From positions 1-61,869 of the forward strand of contig JAADIO010000006.1 in the NCBI GenBank assembly GCA_013151235.1: a stretch of 61,869 bases of DNA, given 5' to 3'. Each line of letters opens with the position of its first letter. Position 1 is the first letter of the stretch. Origin of the DNA: Deltaproteobacteria bacterium (lineage in GTDB: Bacteria; CG2-30-53-67). Positions 9,634 through 17,244 of the stretch are shown piece after piece. The notes beneath the pieces were generated by a model that worked only from the letters and a program-made list of their open reading frames with translations, was not told where the DNA came from and did no database searches. Made by a program: the position numbers and the translations under genes.

Positions 9634-9815
9634 AAAAGAGAACGGGATGAAAATTATGATTGATGGCCTCGTAAGTGGAGCGTTTCAACCTGGAGGATGA
9701 GGAACAAAGCCGCAGTTCCTGTAAATCCGCCGGGCTTTCGAGGTGAAGAGAAAATTGATAAACGACAGCCCGGCATCGGGATGAAGAGACTGCTTCAACG
9801 GCGTCACGGTGGAGA

Positions 9816-10169
9816 TCATCCATCCTTTCGGGCGGAATGATCGGGAGCAGACGATTCGGGTTTGGATTTTTCATGGAAGGCATTCGTCAGGAGGAGCCCG
9901 GTAAAAACAAACTTCGAACGTTCTTCGCCTTTGACCTGCCGGTAAAACTCACAATCGGTGCACATCTTGATATTGTCCACCGAAGTCTCGGTCAGATCTT
10001 CGTTGCAGTCCGTACCCGGCACCACCCAGCAGGCTCGACCGGCATTCTTCCCGTCGTGCACTCCGTTGAGCCGTTCCGCCTCCGCAGCAGGACAGAGCCC
10101 CAATTCTCCGACCTTCTTCCCGCCGGGTTCACGACCGCACTGGAAATATTCCCAACAGTTCTGTTTCAT
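9816..10169 (-). CDS. Two-CW-domain Cys-rich protein
   Basis: NCWEYFQCGRE...CPA...AGRACWVVPGTDC...CTDCEFY. Confidence 0.75.
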   Translation of the reverse strand: MKQNCWEYFQCGREPGGKKVGELGLCPAAEAERLNGVHDGKNAGRACWVVPGTDCNEDLTETSVDNIKMCTDCEFYRQVKGEERSKFVFTGLLLTNAFHEKSKPESSAPDHSARKDG

Positions 10170-10317
10170 CGGCACGTTTGACCATCAACTCTATGCAGTC
10201 CAATCACAACACGTTTTCCACTTTACCCGCAAATAATCCTGCTGTAAAGTCCGGGACGATAGATTACGGCAATCTCCGAAAAAAAAAGAGGCGGCATTCA
10301 GGGCAACAGGGAGAGAT

Positions 10318-11268
10318 TCAGTCCACTTCCGCAGCATTGGTCATCTGATCGTAGAATTTCGTCACCTTGTTCTTTTCGTCGGAATCCATATGAGCCATGG
10401 CCGTCCGGGGATGCTGGTTCAAGACCCCCGTGACCATATAAGGGACAAAGTAGCCCCAGTCGATCTTTTCCCGCCAGGGGAGGATCTGTTTTTCAATTGC
10501 CTGAATCAGGGGACGGACCTTGAATTTCGGGTTTTTCAGAAAAGAAACGAGCAGTTCCAGGGGACAGTTCCCGGCCCCCCGTCCGATCCCATAGAGAGTA
10601 GCATCGAGGTAATTCGCCCCGGCAATAATCCCGGAGATGGTATTGGCAAAGGCAAGCTGCTGGTTGTTATGGCAATGAACCCCGATGGTTTTGCCCGGCA
10701 GCTGATCCCTGTATTTTTTTGCCAGTACATCGATATCCTCGGAATAGAAGGCACCGAAACTGTCAACAAGATAGATCACCGGTACCCGGCTTTTCGCCAG
10801 ATCGCTTAACCCTTCGTCGAGGTCCCGCAAACCGACCGTGGAGACGGCCATCAGGTTGATCGTCGTTTCGTATCCCTTGTCAATACAATGATGCGCCAGG
10901 TCAATGGCGGCATCGATCTGATGAATATAGCAGGCCACCCTCACCATATCGAGCGAACTGTCCGACTTCATGGGGATATCCGCGTGATCGATCCGTCCGA
11001 TGTCGGCCATGGCGGAGAGTTTCATCCGTTTTTCCTCTCCTCCGACCACCCGCTGCAGGTCCGGTTCGGCACAGAACTTCCAGGGACCGACTTCATCCCG
11101 GGAGAAGGCACTCTCCGAACTGAGATAACCGATCTCCATGTAATCAACGCCCGCAGCGTTCAAGGCCCGATAGACGGTGCAGACAAAATCATCGTCAAAC
11201 TGCCATTTATTCATAAGTCCGCCATCGCGAACAGTGCAATCAATTACTTTGATCTCGGACCTGTACAT
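10318..11268 (-). CDS. HMGL-like (DRE-TIM) aldolase, 4-hydroxy-2-oxovalerate aldolase-like
   Basis: DCTVRDGG, GVHCHNN and GIGRGAGN motifs. Confidence 0.85.
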   Translation of the reverse strand: MYRSEIKVIDCTVRDGGLMNKWQFDDDFVCTVYRALNAAGVDYMEIGYLSSESAFSRDEVGPWKFCAEPDLQRVVGGEEKRMKLSAMADIGRIDHADIPMKSDSSLDMVRVACYIHQIDAAIDLAHHCIDKGYETTINLMAVSTVGLRDLDEGLSDLAKSRVPVIYLVDSFGAFYSEDIDVLAKKYRDQLPGKTIGVHCHNNQQLAFANTISGIIAGANYLDATLYGIGRGAGNCPLELLVSFLKNPKFKVRPLIQAIEKQILPWREKIDWGYFVPYMVTGVLNQHPRTAMAHMDSDEKNKVTKFYDQMTNAAEVD

Positions 11269-11520
11269 TCGGTTCTCCTTCTTCCCGTAGTGAAATTTGA
11301 ATAAAATCGAATTTTGTATATTATTCCTTCAAACCCTCTTTGTCAATAAATATTCTCAACTTGCCGGGAAGGATGACGCACTTCCATAAATCCACCCATT
11401 ATTCTTTCGGCCGGCTTTTCCATAAGCGGATCGGCAGGGGGAAAAATCGATTTCTTTCTCAAGTGATTCCACTCGTTACCCGATAAGGAAATTAGTTCCC
11501 CTGCAACATAAAGGACAAGG

Positions 11521-13071
11521 ATGAATCAGACACTTATTTCGCATCCACTGTTTCTGCGGAAACACTCGGTCGGGCTGTGGGCCAGAGAGCATCTCTTTAT
11601 TCTGAATTACCTCGGTGCCCTGCTGACCGTCATGGGGCTCCTCCTCTGCCTGGCCCTGATCCCCTACGAATGGTACCATGAAGGGACAAGGGCGGGTGTG
11701 CCGGTCAGCGCCTTCGCCCTGCCGGCGGCACTCTCCATCCTCATCGGGTTGATCGCCCAGAAAGGGATTTCCACACGTGCGCCCACCGTTCGGGATGCGA
11801 TGATCATCACCGGTCTCGGCTGGCTTGTCATCAGCCTCGTCAGCGCCGTTCCTTTCATGATCGGTCTCCACGAATCCTTCATTAACGCCTTTTTCGAGTC
11901 GGTCAGCGGCCTGACGACGACGGGGATTACCGTTTTGGAAGGACTCGATACCATGCCGAAAAGCATTCTCCTGTGGCGCTCCTTTATCCAGTGGATCGGA
12001 GGTCTGGGGATCCTGACCTTTTTCCTCGCCGTCGGATTCCGGGGAGGTTCCGCCGCAGCGAGCCTCTTCGGCGCCGAAGGGCACAAAATCAGCACATCCC
12101 GGCCCGTTCCGGGGATCTTCAATACCGTTAAAATCCTCTGGGGAATCTACATCGGGTTTACCATCGCTTCCTTTTTCTGTTATTTCTTCGGCGGGATGAA
12201 CGGCTTCGACGCCCTGAACCACTGCCTGACAACCATCTCCACAGGAGGATTCTCAACACACGATGCAAGCATTGCATATTACGGAGCCCATCACTATGCC
12301 CACGCGCGATTCTTAGAGTACGCGGCAACCTTCTTTATGCTTGCCGGCGGGATTAACTTTCTCGTCCATTACCAGGTTTTCACCGGTAACATACGGGCTC
12401 TCTACAGGAATTTCGAGATGCGCTGGTTCTGGACCCTGACCTTGGGAGCCGCGGGGCTGATCCTGATCGACCACTTCCGGCAATTTCCCCTCACGGGCAA
12501 TCCGCTGCACCAGATGGAAGGCGCATTTCGGGCCAGCCTTTTTCAGACGGCATCGATGATCTCCAGCACCGGCTATTCAACTCTCGATATCAACAACCCC
12601 TTCTTCCCGGCCCTGAGCAAACAGATCTTCCTCATTCTCATGCTCATCGGCGGCTGCGTCGGGTCGACGGCGGGGGGAATCAAAGTCCTTCGAATCGGAA
12701 TCTTAAGCCGGATGTTTAAAACGCAGCTTTCCCGGATCGCCGGCCCTTCCCGCTCCATCTCTCCGGTCGTCGTCGCGGGGAAGACCATCCCGGACAGCGA
12801 GATCCAGCGGATTGCCGCCTTGGCGTGTGCCTGGATGATTCTGATCGCCGTCGGAGCGGGGATCACCGCCTCCTTTTCCGATCTGAACGCCTGGCAGTCA
12901 CTGTCGGGGATGGCTTCGGCCGTGGGGAACATGGGGCCTTTCTATTTTTCCGTACACAAGATGGCTTCGTTGAGCGGAATCATCAAGATCACCTATATCG
13001 TCGGCATGCTGGCCGGACGGCTGGAGATTCTGCCGATCGCCGTGTTGTTTTATCGTTCCACCTGGAGATAG
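11521..13071 (+). CDS. trkH: Trk system K+ uptake membrane protein TrkH
   Basis: FESVSGLTTTG, QWIGGLG, ISTGGFS, GGCVGSTAGGIK and AGRLEI. Confidence 0.95.
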   Translation: MNQTLISHPLFLRKHSVGLWAREHLFILNYLGALLTVMGLLLCLALIPYEWYHEGTRAGVPVSAFALPAALSILIGLIAQKGISTRAPTVRDAMIITGLGWLVISLVSAVPFMIGLHESFINAFFESVSGLTTTGITVLEGLDTMPKSILLWRSFIQWIGGLGILTFFLAVGFRGGSAAASLFGAEGHKISTSRPVPGIFNTVKILWGIYIGFTIASFFCYFFGGMNGFDALNHCLTTISTGGFSTHDASIAYYGAHHYAHARFLEYAATFFMLAGGINFLVHYQVFTGNIRALYRNFEMRWFWTLTLGAAGLILIDHFRQFPLTGNPLHQMEGAFRASLFQTASMISSTGYSTLDINNPFFPALSKQIFLILMLIGGCVGSTAGGIKVLRIGILSRMFKTQLSRIAGPSRSISPVVVAGKTIPDSEIQRIAALACAWMILIAVGAGITASFSDLNAWQSLSGMASAVGNMGPFYFSVHKMASLSGIIKITYIVGMLAGRLEILPIAVLFYRSTWR

Positions 13072-13081
13072 GAGAGACATT

Positions 13082-13804
13082 ATGTACATTGTCATCGGAG
13101 GAGGCGGGATTGCCGGAGCTGCCCTGGCCGGAGAACTGGTAAACCGGAAGCATGATGTGGTCGTCATTGACATTAACAAGGAGACCTGCGAGATGGCCTT
13201 TGCCCAAACCGGGGCCGTGACCATCATCGGCAAAGCTACGGAGATCGGAACACTGCAAGAGGCAGGGATCGAGAAGGCCGACGTAGCGATTTCCGCTCTC
13301 TACCGGGACGAAGACAATCTGACCTTCGCCCTGCTGGCACACAGCTTCAACGTACCGAATATTTACGTCAAGATGCGAAACCCGGCCTACCGGGATGCTT
13401 ACCGCGTCGCCGGCGTCACCGTCATCTGCGACATTGTTGGGATGTTCAAGAACAAGGTGATCGCCGAGTTGGAAAATCCCGACCTCAAGGTGATCACCCC
13501 CCTCGAAGAGAACGGGACAAAGCTGGTCATGTTCCGTCTCCCCGGGAGTTGGCCCTCGGAGGGGAGACTGATCTATGAGTTGGCCAAGGAGCCGGCCTTC
13601 TGCGGAGATTGTCTCTTTACCGGGATTCTCAATGAGAAACACAAGGGAATTATCGTCCCACACGGGAATGACCGTGTCTATCCCGGGGACCGAATCTTCG
13701 TGGTCGCAGGACCGAAAAGTCTGAAGGCAATCACAAAATATCTGGCCGGAATCCGGAAGAAAAAGCTGCCCCCTCCTCTCCGAACCACCCCTTTGCACGT
13801 CTGA
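13082..13804 (+). CDS. trkA: Trk system RCK regulatory subunit TrkA
   Basis: IVIGGGGIAG Rossmann motif, EAGIEKAD, C-terminal TrkA-C; adjacent to trkH. Confidence 0.9.
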   Translation: MYIVIGGGGIAGAALAGELVNRKHDVVVIDINKETCEMAFAQTGAVTIIGKATEIGTLQEAGIEKADVAISALYRDEDNLTFALLAHSFNVPNIYVKMRNPAYRDAYRVAGVTVICDIVGMFKNKVIAELENPDLKVITPLEENGTKLVMFRLPGSWPSEGRLIYELAKEPAFCGDCLFTGILNEKHKGIIVPHGNDRVYPGDRIFVVAGPKSLKAITKYLAGIRKKKLPPPLRTTPLHV

Positions 13805-13974
13805 GTCGATTTTCCCGAATTTGATTTATTGATTGCTACGGATTTCAGTAAGTGCTAATATATTAAGTTACGAATTATTCGGCGGACGACAGGAACGCCG
13901 AATCCTCGGGGAGAAATTGTCTTACTTCCCGGTGTTGAGTGACATGAGATTACAATCCGACATTGAATCCGTAA

Positions 13975-15528
13975 ATGGAAAATATCGACCAGAATTCCCC
14001 GGCGGTGGGGATCGACAGATTAGCCGGACAGGCGGCGGAACAGGGATGCCGCTGGGTCCGATTCAGCGAGGACATCGTTGCCGACCTTGAGATCGTTACC
14101 CCTCTCGACCTGAAAAAGCTGCAAGAGGAAGGGTGGTTCCCATGGACCATCTCCGGGAAGACGGCCACGGTGATTACCTGCACTCCCTCCTCAGAAATGG
14201 ACCGTCTCTGCCGGAAGGTCCTCGGCGTGGATCATATCGAATTCGTGCTGGCCGACCGCGATAATCTGACCCGGATCATCGAACACAATCAGGACATCAA
14301 CCATCGGTTCTCCCCGGATGCAGGGAGGACGCCGCTTGCCCGTGTCCGGACCTATCTTGCCAATCGCCGTTCCATGCTTTCCCTCTGCCGCACACTGCTG
14401 GCCAAGAGTCGAACCCATCTGGCCGTGGTCCGAACCGGATGCGCATTCATCGCCATCGCCATCGTTTTCCTCCGCATCTTTACAAAGCTTCCGGGCAACG
14501 CCCTTCTCCCATTTCTGATCCTGGAGGTCCCCCTTCTCTCCTTCGGAATTTACATGATCCTTGCCCACATGCTGAAGTATATGCCGGCCCGGAAGGTAAA
14601 TGACCTTCTCCCTTCCTGCAAAGCAACCACCCCCACGGGAGGGAGTACGGTACTCCAGGTTTCGGATGAAGAGAAATCTCCGACCTTCCAACGCTCGGAT
14701 GTCGTCCCGGAAGCGGATACCCTCCGGCGGGACTGGACCCGGCTTTCGCCGGTGATGCGTCGCCGTTTCCTGGCATCCGACCGGACCGATTTCGCCGAAG
14801 AACGGACCACGCTTGCCTGCTTCAGGACCTGGATGGCGAACGTCCGTACCTGGCTGGCCTTCGTACGCACCGGCGGCGCCTTCGTCGGTCTCGGTTCCGG
14901 GCTGATACGGGCCTTCCCGAACAGTTCCTGGTTCTACTTTGACCTGAGCCTGGCCGGGATCGGCTTCCTGATGATCTGCGAGGGACTCTTCTGGTATTTC
15001 CGGGGCTACCATTCCGGCAAGATCAGCTTCAAATCGGTTCTCCGAATGAATGCCGGGGAAACGATCTGGGACACCTTCTTTCCGCACCGCCATGACGATT
15101 CTCCACCGAACCGTGTGGGGCTGCCTCTCGAAAAAGGGCAGGCCCCCGGAATCTGGGCAACCACCGGGCTTGCGCTTGAACGGACCGTGCTGGCGGACAG
15201 GCGCAATACCATGGCCCGGCTGCGTACAGTAATGGCACGGATGAGAACCGGTTACTCCTTCATTCGGACCGGCCGGACTTTTTTCTTTATCGGTGCTACA
15301 TTTGCCGTCTATTTTCACAAGAGCAACTTCTTCTGGTACAGCTATGAGGCTGTCATGATGCTGGGCGGTCTTCTGCTGATCGTCGACGGTCTCCTCTGGG
15401 TCCTCCCTGCGAGCAGGGTCCGCAAACAGTTGCCCTACTGCACCGCGGATGTGAATATCAACATACCGGACTACGGCATTCCCTGCTGTGACTGGAAGAA
15501 GATCGAGCTTCGTCATGATACACACTAA
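13975..15528 (+). CDS. Membrane protein: GspE/PilB N-terminal-like subdomain plus three DUF202-like (Arg-heptad helix + 2 TM) repeats
   Basis: N-terminal KLQEEGWFP...VITCTP...IEFVLA. Three RTxLAxxRTxxAxxRTxLAxxRTG-type repeats, each followed by two hydrophobic helices. Confidence 0.75.
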   Translation: MENIDQNSPAVGIDRLAGQAAEQGCRWVRFSEDIVADLEIVTPLDLKKLQEEGWFPWTISGKTATVITCTPSSEMDRLCRKVLGVDHIEFVLADRDNLTRIIEHNQDINHRFSPDAGRTPLARVRTYLANRRSMLSLCRTLLAKSRTHLAVVRTGCAFIAIAIVFLRIFTKLPGNALLPFLILEVPLLSFGIYMILAHMLKYMPARKVNDLLPSCKATTPTGGSTVLQVSDEEKSPTFQRSDVVPEADTLRRDWTRLSPVMRRRFLASDRTDFAEERTTLACFRTWMANVRTWLAFVRTGGAFVGLGSGLIRAFPNSSWFYFDLSLAGIGFLMICEGLFWYFRGYHSGKISFKSVLRMNAGETIWDTFFPHRHDDSPPNRVGLPLEKGQAPGIWATTGLALERTVLADRRNTMARLRTVMARMRTGYSFIRTGRTFFFIGATFAVYFHKSNFFWYSYEAVMMLGGLLLIVDGLLWVLPASRVRKQLPYCTADVNINIPDYGIPCCDWKKIELRHDTH

Positions 15529-16747
15529 TTCACAAAGCCCGTTCCAGGGTCTGGTCAAACACGGGATTCTGGATGCGAAAACCCTGGCCGAGGCACTCGG
15601 GGTCGCCGAACGTCATGGCCTGCCGCCGGCCGAGATCCTTCTACGGGAGTACGACCTTCCCCGCGCAGCGCTCCAGCAGGCCCTTGCCGATCATTACCAC
15701 TGCGGGGTCCTTGAATACGATGAACGGCTGCCGATTCCCCCCGAGCTCCTGTCCGGGCTGGAGACTGAAAAACTGCGGGAGGAAGGATGGTTTCCGGTCA
15801 TCAAAAAGGCCGACGGTACGGTAGTCGTCGCTTGCACGAATCCCGCCGACCCCGCCCTTCCAGCAGAGGTGCAGGAAATCCTCGGAACCGGGCCATTTGA
15901 ATTCAAGGTCTGCCTCCCGGACGACATCCGATGGTTCACTGAAGACTTTCTCCATGCAAAACCGGGCAAACTGGTGGGTACGGAGCGAACCGGCCTGGCC
16001 TATTGGCGTAATAACATGGCCCAGTGGCGGACTGCTCTCGCCTGCTACAGGACGGACATGGCCCGTGCCCGCACCGCCCTGGCGATCATGCGTGCCGGAC
16101 TGGGACTGATCACCATTTCCTTTGCTCTCACCCGGGCACACTACCTCGCACTCCCCGAAGCAGCGACGATTCTTATTCTGGTCCTGGGTTGCGTCCTGGC
16201 CGTCGGCGCCGTACTCCCTTATCTCGAAGTCCGCCGCAGCCGCCTCCGTCCCCCCGGCGACACGACGCTGGTCGAGGTCACCGCCACGGAAGTAAGCTTT
16301 CTGAAGAACTATCTCAACCCGGAGAAATCCCCCGTCAAAGCACCGCACCGGGAGAAAATGCTGGCCCGGATCAGTGACCGGCTTCTGGAGTACTGCACCC
16401 TGCTCTATCCGCCCCCCGGAAGTCTGGAGCGGACACACCTTGCTCGGGAGCGAAACGTTCTGGCCGCCCAACGGACCATCGCCGCCTGCAACCGGACCAT
16501 ATACGCCCGGGCACGAACCGGGTTGGCATTCATCCGGACCGGGATCTCCTTCATCAGCATCGGGATCGGTTTAATCAAATACTTCGGCCCCGGCAGAAAC
16601 ACGATCTTTGACGCCCTGCTCATCCTGATCGGCCTTCTGCTGACGATCGACGGTGCCCGCTGGTATCGTCCGGCACACCGGTCGCAAACCGTTTTCTCGG
16701 AACTCGGCAGCCGATTCCGTCTCGAAAATTTTGTCAGCCGGTCATAG
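15515..16747 (+). CDS. Membrane protein: degenerate MshEN/GspE-N domain plus two DUF202-like repeats (paralog of the upstream gene)
   Basis: GLVKHGIL...LAEAL...EILL, KLREEGWFP...VACTNP. Repeats ERTGLAYWRNNMAQWRTALACYRTDMARARTALAIMRAG and ERTHLARERNVLAAQRTIAACNRTIYARARTGLAFIRTG. The start overlaps the previous gene. Confidence 0.75.
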   Translation: MIHTNSQSPFQGLVKHGILDAKTLAEALGVAERHGLPPAEILLREYDLPRAALQQALADHYHCGVLEYDERLPIPPELLSGLETEKLREEGWFPVIKKADGTVVVACTNPADPALPAEVQEILGTGPFEFKVCLPDDIRWFTEDFLHAKPGKLVGTERTGLAYWRNNMAQWRTALACYRTDMARARTALAIMRAGLGLITISFALTRAHYLALPEAATILILVLGCVLAVGAVLPYLEVRRSRLRPPGDTTLVEVTATEVSFLKNYLNPEKSPVKAPHREKMLARISDRLLEYCTLLYPPPGSLERTHLARERNVLAAQRTIAACNRTIYARARTGLAFIRTGISFISIGIGLIKYFGPGRNTIFDALLILIGLLLTIDGARWYRPAHRSQTVFSELGSRFRLENFVSRS

Positions 16748-16767
16748 AGAACCAAAACAGAGGGTAT

Positions 16768-17148
16768 ATGACAAGAACAATTCCGAAGATGATGGTCATC
16801 GATGGTCAGGCGACCCTGCGCGAGGAGATCCGTCTTGCACTGAAACGGGAAGGGTATGAGGTGGAAACCTTTCGGGGCGGGGCATCTGCGCTGAACCGGA
16901 TGAAGCGGAAGCAATTCAATGTGGTGATTACCGACCTGCGGATGCACGGGACCGACGGGATCGAGGTCCTCCGTACGGTGAAGAGTCTCTACCCGGAAAC
17001 GTCCGTCATTATCATCACCGCCTATGCCAGCCTCGGCGTGGTCACCGACGCCTTACGGGAGGGGGTCCATGATTTCTTCACCAAGCCGATACGAATCAAT
17101 GAACTGAAGGCATCGATCCTGAGGGCGCTGCCGGGACAGAATGCCTGA
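16768..17148 (+). CDS. Single-domain response regulator (receiver)
   Basis: VVITDLRM (phospho-Asp), IITAY and FFTKP. Confidence 0.9.
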   Translation: MTRTIPKMMVIDGQATLREEIRLALKREGYEVETFRGGASALNRMKRKQFNVVITDLRMHGTDGIEVLRTVKSLYPETSVIIITAYASLGVVTDALREGVHDFFTKPIRINELKASILRALPGQNA

Positions 17149-17244
17149 AGGGCGAGAGATCCGAATCCCTCCTGCGAAAAACGGGCAGGCTCTTCTTTTC
17201 AAAACAAATCGACTCTCGGAAAAGATGAAAAATCGGGAGGTCTT

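Noticed and set aside
9512-9883. 123-aa minus-strand ORF spanning the repeat
   Set aside because: It runs through the MITE (DVVKS is the translated element end), overlaps the two-CW gene and lacks motifs.
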